A stretch of DNA of 20,000 nucleotides, from the IMG/VR virus record IMGVR_UViG_3300020413_000001. One strand, given 5' to 3'. Position 1 is the stretch's first letter; each line of letters starts with the position of its first letter. The stretch is from an uncultured virus (IMG/VR IMGVR_UViG_3300020413_000001). Its lineage: Duplodnaviria > Heunggongvirae > Uroviricota > Caudoviricetes. The notes beneath the pieces are model-generated. The model ran no database searches and was not told where the DNA came from. It was given only the letters and a program-made list of their open reading frames with translations. Of this stretch, positions 1 through 8,280 are shown piece by piece. The position numbers and the translations under genes are program-made.

Positions 1-1691
1 TCCTTGTATAATTCTAACATAGATTTTTTTGTCATGTCAGCTGCACTACCTTGTATTAATTTGTTTAATGCTTTGTATGTGTAAGCTCTTTTAATCCCTG
101 GTCCATGTTCTGCCAATGCATCTTCGTGTGACATAGCTTTGTGCATACCAAAACTATTAGGTTCCCATAGATGAAACCTGCATAGTCGTCCCAGCAATGT
201 ACGGATTTGTCCACGGTCTTGTGCTCTGTTAGATGCTTTTTCCATAAGTTGTTTAACAAAAGGTACTTTACCATGATACGTGTTAAATAATTCTGCAGCT
301 TTGTCTTTTGATACTCCAAGTTCTGCCTGTAGTTTAGCTTTACCCATACCATAAAATAATCCTAAGTTAATTGTTTTAGCTTGGGATCTTGGTATCTCTG
401 CCATGTCTGCTACAGTCTGGTGAAAGTCTGAGTTAGCATCATTTTGATATGCGTCTACTACATCATAAACAGAGGGTAATTTGTATAAAGCAGCATAATG
501 CACTACCAGCCTAGGTTCTTGCTGAGAATAGTCAAAACAACCCCATCTATGGCCTTCCTCGGGTATAAATAACGACCTTATCTTAGGTCCAAGGTCTTTG
601 TTACGTGCTGGAATCTGTTGTAGATTTGGATTCTGGTAGGAGAACCTACCAGTAACCGTGCCACCCCCAGCATTTCTTAATTGGTTTATTTCTGCATGTA
701 TTCTACCTTTGTGTTCGTATCGTAGAATAGAATCTATAAAAGTTGTATGTGCTTTGTTAACTTCTCTTGCCTTTGCAATCATGTTAACAACAGGATGTTT
801 GTGTTCTTGTAAAAAGTTTTTTGTAAAACTTGGTGCTTGTGTTTTTTCTGTGCGTTCAAAAGGTATTTTTAAATTTTCAAATACATCTGCGATACTACTA
901 GCTGCCCAGATCTGTGGTCTTACATTAGTTTCTTTTTCAATAGCATTTAATAATTCATTCTCTTCATTAATTAAATTTTTCTTTAATGTGTGTGCTGCTT
1001 CTACATCTACTCTTACACCTTTGAATCTCATGTCAACCAGGCATGGAAATAAATCTGTTTCTAATTCCATAATTGATTGTAGGTCCTGTGCAATAATTTC
1101 TTTCTTCATTTCTTGCCATAAACCAAATGTAGCTTCTGCATCTCGTTCAGCATAAGTCCCGACATTAAGTGACGGAAGTTTATACATTTCAGATTTAGGG
1201 TCTATTCCCCATTCAGCTGCTGCTTCTGCAAGTGCAGCTTCATTCTTACCAAAACCTAAATACTTCCAGGACAAACTATTAAGATCATATCTAAATCTAT
1301 TCTCATCAGTCACAGCTGCGGCTATCATTGTATCAACAATCATACCATTTATGGTTAGGCCCATAGCTTTAATCCAACATACGTCGTACATTGCATTGTG
1401 AAATATTTTTGTAGAATCTGTTTTAAGAATATCTTGAAACCATTCTAAAACTTTTTTACGATCCATGTTGCCACCACCTTCGTGTGCAATAGGAAAGTAT
1501 CCTTTGTAATGTGATGTTGCTACAGCTATTCCTATAACTTCTCCATTACCTATAATAGATCCAGATCCTTTTTTAATTAAGTCCGGGTCTTTTGTTTCTA
1601 AATCAATTGCAATTTCATCAACCTGTCTAAGGTCTGGAAATTCTGTGGGTATTACCCATTCTGTCTGTGCGCTAAATGTAGGTATCTTCAT
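1..1691 (-). CDS. polA: Family A DNA polymerase with N-terminal 3'-5' exonuclease domain, truncated by the left window edge
   Basis: Translated by hand from ATG at 1691 (MKIPTFSAQTEW...), open to position 1. ExoI IAIDLET, ExoII FHNAMYD, ExoIII YAERDA, TVTGRFS..NPNLQQIP, motif A FDYSQQEPR, motif B RSQAKTINLGLFYGMG, ALNKLIQGSAAD. No 5'-3' exonuclease domain. Absent from the ORF track, presumably because its stop lies outside the window. Confidence 0.97.
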   Translation of the reverse strand, partial: MKIPTFSAQTEWVIPTEFPDLRQVDEIAIDLETKDPDLIKKGSGSIIGNGEVIGIAVATSHYKGYFPIAHEGGGNMDRKKVLEWFQDILKTDSTKIFHNAMYDVCWIKAMGLTINGMIVDTMIAAAVTDENRFRYDLNSLSWKYLGFGKNEAALAEAAAEWGIDPKSEMYKLPSLNVGTYAERDAEATFGLWQEMKKEIIAQDLQSIMELETDLFPCLVDMRFKGVRVDVEAAHTLKKNLINEENELLNAIEKETNVRPQIWAASSIADVFENLKIPFERTEKTQAPSFTKNFLQEHKHPVVNMIAKAREVNKAHTTFIDSILRYEHKGRIHAEINQLRNAGGGTVTGRFSYQNPNLQQIPARNKDLGPKIRSLFIPEEGHRWGCFDYSQQEPRLVVHYAALYKLPSVYDVVDAYQNDANSDFHQTVADMAEIPRSQAKTINLGLFYGMGKAKLQAELGVSKDKAAELFNTYHGKVPFVKQLMEKASNRAQDRGQIRTLLGRLCRFHLWEPNSFGMHKAMSHEDALAEHGPGIKRAYTYKALNKLIQGSAADMTKKSMLELYK

Positions 1692-1765
1692 AACATTAAA
1701 TAACAAAGAATTAATAAACATGTAAACAACCCCATGTAATGAGGTATATGATTATTTGGTTCCAT
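1688..1765 (-). CDS. 25-aa small hydrophobic peptide (MEPNNHIPHYMGLFTCLLILCYLML)
   Basis: Fills the gap between the DUF3310 gene and polA. AAAGGGA precedes the ATG, and its TGA overlaps the polA ATG (ATGA). Confidence 0.55.
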   Translation of the reverse strand: MEPNNHIPHYMGLFTCLLILCYLML

Positions 1766-1970
1766 AGTCCCTTTCGATTATCATTTCTATAAAATGTATT
1801 GCTTTTTCCAAGTCTTGTTTCTTTCCTTTATCGCGATGTCTTATTATATATTTTATAGCACAACCTTCTGGATATAACAACTCATTCTCAACTACAAATT
1901 TGCTTGGTTGAATTTTGTATTTTTGATAATGGGTCCCGCCGTGCTGCTTATTCCAAACTTTCGATGTCAT
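1752..1970 (-). CDS. DUF3310-family protein (related to the T7 gp1.7 nucleotide kinase domain)
   Basis: QHGGTHY..IQP..F...L.YPEG.AIKYI.R...K...QDLEKA pattern. Start set at MTSKV (1970); the ORF track start at 1985 is also possible. Confidence 0.8.
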   Translation of the reverse strand: MTSKVWNKQHGGTHYQKYKIQPSKFVVENELLYPEGCAIKYIIRHRDKGKKQDLEKAIHFIEMIIERDYGTK

Positions 1971-3435
1971 AACCTTTGTCCTCATGTTTAGCTGTTAGTA
2001 TATATAAATTTTGTTTTGTACGTGTTACACCCACATACCAAACTCTTTGTTCTTCGTCGTATTTATCTTCGCTTCTTTCTACTGCGTCTCTTATTTTTTT
2101 TGTATTGTCTAAAATTAATAAAACATTTGTAGCTTCCCCACCTTTTGCTGCATGTATTGTAGATAATTTTACTCTTGCAGGTTTAGATAACTCTTCTTTA
2201 AGTCTTAACATTTCTCTTATGTATAAACTTTCTTCTGGATCTGTTTTAAAAACTTCATACCACTCTTGTGTTTTTGCATAACCAAACTCATATAGGTCGT
2301 ACATTCTTTCTTCTTTTAGTTCTATATCTTCTTCTAAAAATTCTAAAAGGTCTTTGCATTCTGATAGAGATAGTTTATCTCCATTAGTCCATCTCGTATA
2401 ATTTTTAATAGCTGTATACAATCTTGTCTTATAGCTCTTTCTACCTTTTATTTCAAAGTAAATAGCCATATCTTTTAATGTAGATTTTAATTTAATTAGT
2501 TTATCATTTGTTCTTGCAAGTATTAACCAATCACCATTATACAGCGGCGCATCTTCAATAGACATTATATGGTTCGTGGTCCCTGATTCCGGACGCGGTG
2601 CCCATTGTTTTTTAATTCTTCTGTCATCTGGTATTCTACTTAAAATTTGATCAGCCACATGTTGTACTTGTCGTGGTACCCTGTAAGATTGTGGCAAGAT
2701 TATGTCTTTAGCTGGCTCGTTTTGAAATCTTTTAACATCTGCACCAGCCCAGCCATAAATAGCTTGATCATCATCACCTGCTAGTATAACATATTTAGAG
2801 TTTTTCTTAAGTATATCGTACATTTTCCATTGTATTGGCGATAAATCCTGTGCTTCGTCGACAAATATTACATCATATTTCGGACACAATTCTGCCACAT
2901 TAAATTTTTCAATCATGTCTGTAAAATCTACCAGGCCATATGCCTGTTTATAATTATCTACTTCATCTTTTAAAATTTGTAGCTGATGCTTGTCTATGTC
3001 CTCTGAATACATGTCTGTATTATATTCTTCCTCAATAGATACGTTCTTAATCCTTGCTGCATTAATAATGTTAAAGTATTCACTATTAGAATCTACAAAC
3101 CCAGTCTTCTCTTCTCCATTAGAATAAACTGTAACCTCTATACCTAATTTTCTACCTATGTCTTCGTAGTGTTCGTCTTGCATTACTTGCGCTTTCTTTA
3201 TACCTAGTTGATTAAAAGCTAGTGAGTGTAGTGTTCTAAAATGTTTTAGATTTTTCTTTTGTAGTTTTGGATATGCATCTAACATTCTGTCTACTGCCTC
3301 GTTAGCAGCTTTAGTTGTAAATGCAAAGTATCCTATTCTATCAATAGGTGTACCAAGTTTAACAAATGTTTTTACATACTTAATAAGTCTGGTTGTCTTA
3401 CCTGTACCAGGAGGACCCAATATTTTTCTAATCAC
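1948..3435 (-). CDS. UvrD/Rep-like superfamily 1 DNA helicase
   Basis: GPPGTGKT (Walker A), FRTLHS, VDEAQD, GDDDQAIY, QSYR, STIHAAKGGE, YVGVTR. GTG start overlaps the primase stop (GTGA). Confidence 0.95.
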   Translation of the reverse strand: MIRKILGPPGTGKTTRLIKYVKTFVKLGTPIDRIGYFAFTTKAANEAVDRMLDAYPKLQKKNLKHFRTLHSLAFNQLGIKKAQVMQDEHYEDIGRKLGIEVTVYSNGEEKTGFVDSNSEYFNIINAARIKNVSIEEEYNTDMYSEDIDKHQLQILKDEVDNYKQAYGLVDFTDMIEKFNVAELCPKYDVIFVDEAQDLSPIQWKMYDILKKNSKYVILAGDDDQAIYGWAGADVKRFQNEPAKDIILPQSYRVPRQVQHVADQILSRIPDDRRIKKQWAPRPESGTTNHIMSIEDAPLYNGDWLILARTNDKLIKLKSTLKDMAIYFEIKGRKSYKTRLYTAIKNYTRWTNGDKLSLSECKDLLEFLEEDIELKEERMYDLYEFGYAKTQEWYEVFKTDPEESLYIREMLRLKEELSKPARVKLSTIHAAKGGEATNVLLILDNTKKIRDAVERSEDKYDEEQRVWYVGVTRTKQNLYILTAKHEDKGYDIESLE

Positions 3436-5057
3436 ATTATCTCCGTGTTGTGTTTTATTTTAGTATGGTTTATTTCTATGTCTTCAAACTCTTCTATACT
3501 TATCATTACAATATTTTTTGTAGGTGTATTGTATTTACCTTTTTCTTTTGTTGGATATCGTTTCTGTTCTAAAAATTGTATGTCACATTTTTTGTAATTA
3601 GTTTTCATCATTACACCCGTTTTATCTTCGCCGTGTTTCCAATTCTTAGATCTTAGTTTGTCGTAGAATTTGTCAAACTTAAAGTATGCATAACCATCTT
3701 CTATTAACACGGTTCCAGATTTAAATGCTGCATCGTTCATAGCTTTAGGTCCATTTATTTTTGCATGTAATACGTCGTGTAGTTTTTCTTTTGGTGATGT
3801 ACCTACAGGAGGGTTAATTACTTTTTGTGTTTGAAACAATGCTTCTAATACTGTTTGATCTTCTGGTGCTTTTATAATTGGTGGTGGAAATCCTGCAGCT
3901 TTAGCTATCGAGTTTCTACGTTTACGTTGATCTGTTACATGTTCAATTGTTTTGCAATGCACAGTAGCTTTACCAATACCGTCTGGTTTAGTTACATCAA
4001 ATTCATACTCTGGGTCTGGTTCTATGTCTATCTTTCTTAAGTTTGTTAACACAGGATATTGTCCTTTTGATCCTGCTAGTATACCAAACTTCTTTTTTAC
4101 ACAGATACCTTTCTTACAAAAATCACTGAGCGGACTTTGATTACAAGTGTAACCTTTTTCTGATCTGTTCCATGATCTTGTTTTTTGTTTTAATTTATTG
4201 TCATCCCATGCGTTTGCATGTTCTCTTGCAAAATATTTTACTGGTGCATTCTTTACTTTCTGTTCCCATGTATCTGGATACTTCATCTTAACAAACACAT
4301 GATAGTTATACATAAACCTATCTTTGCCATCAAAACCTGATTGATTAGATATTTTAGATATCAAAGCAAGACAAGGTGGTCCTTCTAAAAAATCTTCATC
4401 TACACCTTCCATAGATTGTTTTTCCATTTCTTCTGTCAAAGATTTTAGATCATCTGTCGTAGTTATATTTGCATCTACAACTTTTATAAATTGTTCTAAT
4501 GTAAAAAATGTACCATCAATGTTAATAGCTCTACGCTGTCCACCATAGTATGGCAGGTTTATAAACTGCCCTGGTTTTATAATTCCTGTTTCCGGATCTT
4601 TAGTTAGTTGTGTCTGCTTTGGAAATATTTCTGTGTCTGGTTTAAGATTAAACAAAGGTAATAGATTGCTTAAGAATGATACAATAATTGTTGATTGCAC
4701 AAACTCATTCATAAATAAATATAAGTGTAGTCCGCCACTTTTAGATTCGATAGGTATAAGTGGTAGTTTGTATTGTTGAATTGTTTCTAAATAAAATTTT
4801 TTATCAAAGTTTTCATATTTTTTAGGATCTATATCTATTACTCCAAACCTAGCATCACCGCTTTCATTAGTTGGTTGTATACCAACAGATACTTTACCTT
4901 CTAAATGTTCTTGATAAATTGTGTCTGTAAATTCTTCGTAGTTCCATCTGTAATTAGGTTTTTGCTTTCCGCTTTCTGGGTCGACAATTGCGTTAGTCCA
5001 ATCTGCGATTCCATACGCATGTCTATAGCCATTAAATATTTTTATATACTCTTGCAT
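3432..5057 (-). CDS. Archaeo-eukaryotic (AEP) type primase with central 4-Cys domain
   Basis: FGVIDID (DxD), ESKSGGLHLYLF (SxxGxH), FINLPY, then PPC...YTC..FC..IC. No Walker A motif. AGGA RBS supports a start at 5057 rather than 5081. Confidence 0.8.
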   Translation of the reverse strand: MQEYIKIFNGYRHAYGIADWTNAIVDPESGKQKPNYRWNYEEFTDTIYQEHLEGKVSVGIQPTNESGDARFGVIDIDPKKYENFDKKFYLETIQQYKLPLIPIESKSGGLHLYLFMNEFVQSTIIVSFLSNLLPLFNLKPDTEIFPKQTQLTKDPETGIIKPGQFINLPYYGGQRRAINIDGTFFTLEQFIKVVDANITTTDDLKSLTEEMEKQSMEGVDEDFLEGPPCLALISKISNQSGFDGKDRFMYNYHVFVKMKYPDTWEQKVKNAPVKYFAREHANAWDDNKLKQKTRSWNRSEKGYTCNQSPLSDFCKKGICVKKKFGILAGSKGQYPVLTNLRKIDIEPDPEYEFDVTKPDGIGKATVHCKTIEHVTDQRKRRNSIAKAAGFPPPIIKAPEDQTVLEALFQTQKVINPPVGTSPKEKLHDVLHAKINGPKAMNDAAFKSGTVLIEDGYAYFKFDKFYDKLRSKNWKHGEDKTGVMMKTNYKKCDIQFLEQKRYPTKEKGKYNTPTKNIVMISIEEFEDIEINHTKIKHNTEIM

Positions 5058-5070
5058 AGTTATCCTGTCT

Positions 5071-5104
5071 ACATGGGCCACTTAGTCTCCCTTGTGGCCC
5101 ACGC
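5071..5104 (-). promoter_or_regulatory. GC-rich RNA stem-loop immediately upstream of the primase RBS
   Basis: Minus strand GCGUGGGCCAC-AAGGGAGACUAA-GUGGCCCAUGU. The 8-bp perfect stem extends to 11 bp with G-U pairs only on the mRNA strand. No U-tract follows. Confidence 0.65.
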
Positions 5105-5125
5105 TGTGCACATACCCCGAAGGGA

Positions 5126-5887
5126 TTATATAATGCTGCTACTTTCCGCTGGTTTCTGTTCACCATGCTTAGCTTTCACTGCACCTTTAGAGATGCTTTC
5201 AGAAAACGATTTAGCTTGTTGATAGATACTCGCGTCAGTAATAGGACCAACTTTACTTACTTCCCAACCAAACCACGTGCCTTTATCATTAGACATTTGG
5301 GTAGTCTTTAGTTTGTAAATGTGGCTAAAAGATGCCGGTGTATATAAACCGTTTTTACCTTTTAGTTTTATGCCCGACATCATTGAATTCCATTTTCTAC
5401 TAATTTTTAATTGAGTAGATTTCATAGAGATCAATGCAGTCGATGGACTGTCTCCTGTTATGATTACAAAATGTGATGCAGTCTTTTCAATGTAATTACC
5501 ATTAGGTAATCTATCTTTGTAACTTGCATCTGCTTTTGTTTTAGACATGATATCAGATGAAGAATCATAGATTGCAACTGGTGCACCTGGTCCTTCTCCT
5601 CTATCTTTCCATTCGATGTATTCGAGTTTGTAAAAACATGGAATTACATCTATGCCTTTTACTCCGTCGTATAAATCTCCAGTTACCGAATTGAAAATCA
5701 TTCCGGGTTCTGCACCTTCAACATACTTACCATCACGTTTGTTAACTTCTGGTGAAAGTTGTCCTAGGATTTTAAGAAAAGGAAGGGCTAGATCTTCTTG
5801 ACCTATTTTTCCCAAACCTTTTGCTGCATCTTCTTCAAAAATATTTGAAGGAAGTCCTGCAGTCTTTTTCTCTGCTACTTGGTTCAT
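5126..5887 (-). CDS. Conserved phage replication protein, probable single-stranded DNA-binding protein
   Basis: 253 aa with EDLALPFLKILGQLSPEV...GAEPG...YIEW..R...N.KG.WFGW pattern. Lies next to the primase. SSB function is inferred from family recall and context. Confidence 0.6.
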   Translation of the reverse strand: MNQVAEKKTAGLPSNIFEEDAAKGLGKIGQEDLALPFLKILGQLSPEVNKRDGKYVEGAEPGMIFNSVTGDLYDGVKGIDVIPCFYKLEYIEWKDRGEGPGAPVAIYDSSSDIMSKTKADASYKDRLPNGNYIEKTASHFVIITGDSPSTALISMKSTQLKISRKWNSMMSGIKLKGKNGLYTPASFSHIYKLKTTQMSNDKGTWFGWEVSKVGPITDASIYQQAKSFSESISKGAVKAKHGEQKPAESSSII

Positions 5888-5889
5888 GG

Positions 5890-6441
5890 TTATTTACTCC
5901 TTGTTATTTTTGTTCTGTTGCTCGTGAACAAATTAAATAAGTCAGAGGGCATATCAAGTCCAGCCTCAACACGCTCTCTAACTAATGCTTTAAGTGTCAT
6001 TGGTTCAACCTTTAATTTCTGGATAGGTTCATACCCTTGACCTTGCGCAAGGACAGCATATTGCTGTGCCTTGTTATCTTCGGAACGTCCAAAAGCAACA
6101 GTTACCTCATTTTTGATAAGGTCACCTAGTCCGTTCTCACGAAGCCATTTATATGCTTCTTCCTTTTTATCTGCAGGTATAGAAGCACCATAGACAGGTT
6201 TAACTTCTACTGAAGTCCCGTCTGCTAATTTTAATGTAGAGATGTTCATTTCTTGCATCATTGTAGGTATCACCTCTGATGATACTAATTCTACTTTTCT
6301 TTTCATCTCTTTATATTCTTGTTCTTTAACTAAAAGTTCTGCTTCTAGTTCTTGTAGTTTAACGACTTGATCAGATAATTTATTAGCATCATTTGCGCTA
6401 TCTAAATCTTCTCTTTGGTCTTTTTCAAAATCAATCGACAT
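5890..6441 (-). CDS. Conserved phage protein, N-terminal coiled coil (replication module)
   Basis: AAAGGAG RBS before ATG at 6441 (MSIDFEKDQ). Contains WLRENGLGDLIKNEV and VEPMTLKALVRE. Confidence 0.8.
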   Translation of the reverse strand: MSIDFEKDQREDLDSANDANKLSDQVVKLQELEAELLVKEQEYKEMKRKVELVSSEVIPTMMQEMNISTLKLADGTSVEVKPVYGASIPADKKEEAYKWLRENGLGDLIKNEVTVAFGRSEDNKAQQYAVLAQGQGYEPIQKLKVEPMTLKALVRERVEAGLDMPSDLFNLFTSNRTKITRSK

Positions 6442-6793
6442 TGATTTCTCCTTTCTCATGTAAGTTTATTTTTAAAGGATAATACATTTTTTCTTGTCTA
6501 TCCCATTTAAGTAAATTAAATTTACCATTTGTTATTTCAGAAACAATAGAGCACGCAATACCAATAATAGCTGGATCACCTGTTAATAATAAATAATCTT
6601 CTGAAGTATAGTTTCTTAAAAGTTTTCTTAATTTAAAAACTAATGGTCCAGGAGAAAAAATTATTTGAGAAAATTCTGGTAATAAAAAATGAAAATCACC
6701 ATACTCTCTTGCACTCATAATATTTATTTTAGGAGCACCTGCTTTAGTTCCAGGTAATTCTTGGATTACGTAAACTTTTTTTCTTTCTGACAT
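6431..6793 (-). CDS. Conserved 120-aa phage protein with alpha/beta pattern; first gene of the replication operon
   Basis: ATG at 6793 (MSERKKVYVIQE) lies 8 nt after a TATATT -10 box. DYLLLTGDP and LLKWDRQ..YYP motifs. Stop overlaps the next gene. Confidence 0.8.
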   Translation of the reverse strand: MSERKKVYVIQELPGTKAGAPKINIMSAREYGDFHFLLPEFSQIIFSPGPLVFKLRKLLRNYTSEDYLLLTGDPAIIGIACSIVSEITNGKFNLLKWDRQEKMYYPLKINLHEKGEINVD

Positions 6794-6829
6794 TGACAAA
6801 CAATATAGGAAGTTATATATAGATGTCAA
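6793..6829. promoter_or_regulatory. Overlapping divergent sigma70-like promoters
   Basis: Minus strand: TTGACA (6829-6824), 16 nt, TATATT (6807-6802). Plus strand: TTGACA (6793-6798), 17 nt, TATATA (6816-6821). Lies exactly at the switch in gene orientation. Confidence 0.7.
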
Positions 6830-6846
6830 CTAGAAAGAAGAAGATT

Positions 6847-8280
6847 ATGAAATATAAATTTAAAACAGAGCCTTATGCTCATCAATTAAAAGCATTAGAG
6901 CTTTCTTGGGACAAGCCGTACTTTGCCTATTTTATGGAAATGGGTACTGGTAAATCAAAAGTACTGATAGACAATATTGCTATGTTATATGACGCCGGTA
7001 AAATTAATGGTGTTCTAATTGTGGCACCAAAAGGTGTATATAAAAACTGGTATGATAGTGAGATACCTACACATATGCCAGACCATGTAGAATATCAAGA
7101 CTGTTTATGGCAATCAATGATTACTAAAAAACAACAGGCAGAATTAGATAAAGTTTTTGTACCTGGAGAAGATTTACATGTTTTAATTATGAATGTAGAG
7201 GCTTTTTCTACTAAAAAAGGTGTAGAGTTTGCGGCTAAATTTTTACGTTGTCATAGAACTATGATGGCTATTGATGAATCTACAACTATCAAAAATCCGG
7301 ATGCTAAAAGAACTAAACATATATGTTCTTTAGGAGAATATGCACCATATAAAAGAATTCTTACAGGTTCTCCGGTAACTAAATCACCTTTAGATTTATA
7401 CAAACAATGTGAGTTTCTTAAAAAAGAATTACTAGGACACAGCTCTTATTATACGTTTAGAACTAGATACGCTAAAATGAAAACAGCAAATTTTGGTGGC
7501 AGATCTGTACAAATTGTAACTGGCTATCAACATCTAGGAGAATTATCAGAAAAACTTAAAGCTTTTTCATACCGCGTATTAAAAGATGACTGTTTAGATT
7601 TACCTGCAAAAACATTTATTAAACGTATGGTCCAACTTACACCAGATCAAACTAAATTATACAAACAAATGAAAGTCTTAGCTCTTGCACAAATGGATGG
7701 CAAGATAATGACTACTGCTACAGTTTTGACGCAATTAATGAGACTACAGCAAATAACTTGTGGTCACTTTACTGCAGATGATGGCACTATAAAAGAAGTA
7801 GACTCTAATAGATTACCAGAACTTATGAATGTATTGGAAGAGATAGAAGGTAAAGTTGTTATATGGGCCCATTGGCAACGAGATGTACATAGGATAATCC
7901 GGGAGATATCTAAAAAATTTGGCGAAAATAGTTTTGTAGATTATTATGGTTTGACACCAATGTCAGAGCGTCAAAAAAATATAGAGAAATTCCAAGATCC
8001 AAACTCACCGGTTAAATACTTTATTGGTACTACACAGACAGGTGGTTATGGTATTACATTAACCGCAGCTAGTAATATGATTTACTATTCTAATGGTTAT
8101 GATTTAGAGAAACGACAACAATCAGAAGCTAGAATAGATCGTATTGGACAACACTATCCTATGACTTATATTGATATTATGTGTGAGCATACTGTTGATG
8201 AACGAATTGTAAAAGCTTTAAAAAAGAAAGTAGATATTGCTAGTCAGATTATGGGTGAAGAACTAAAAGATTGGATTTAA
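6847..8280 (+). CDS. SNF2-like superfamily 2 helicase/ATPase
   Basis: PYAHQ, FMEMGTGKS, IVAPK, IDESTTIKN, LTGSP, GGYGITLT, QSEARIDRIGQ. Start at 6847 preferred because 6823 lies inside the promoter element. Confidence 0.93.
   Translation: MKYKFKTEPYAHQLKALELSWDKPYFAYFMEMGTGKSKVLIDNIAMLYDAGKINGVLIVAPKGVYKNWYDSEIPTHMPDHVEYQDCLWQSMITKKQQAELDKVFVPGEDLHVLIMNVEAFSTKKGVEFAAKFLRCHRTMMAIDESTTIKNPDAKRTKHICSLGEYAPYKRILTGSPVTKSPLDLYKQCEFLKKELLGHSSYYTFRTRYAKMKTANFGGRSVQIVTGYQHLGELSEKLKAFSYRVLKDDCLDLPAKTFIKRMVQLTPDQTKLYKQMKVLALAQMDGKIMTTATVLTQLMRLQQITCGHFTADDGTIKEVDSNRLPELMNVLEEIEGKVVIWAHWQRDVHRIIREISKKFGENSFVDYYGLTPMSERQKNIEKFQDPNSPVKYFIGTTQTGGYGITLTAASNMIYYSNGYDLEKRQQSEARIDRIGQHYPMTYIDIMCEHTVDERIVKALKKKVDIASQIMGEELKDWI

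Noticed and set aside
65..1155. ORFs 65-352 (-) and 658-1155 (+)
   Set aside because: Both lie inside the polA reading region (alternate frame or antisense), which has clear polymerase motifs.
5071..5104. Hairpin as an intrinsic terminator
   Set aside because: No U-tract on either strand, so it is kept as a regulatory candidate instead.
6794..6846. ORF-track N-terminal extensions (starts at 6829, 6823; also 6459 and 5081)
   Set aside because: They overlap promoter, RBS or hairpin elements, and downstream ATGs have better context.
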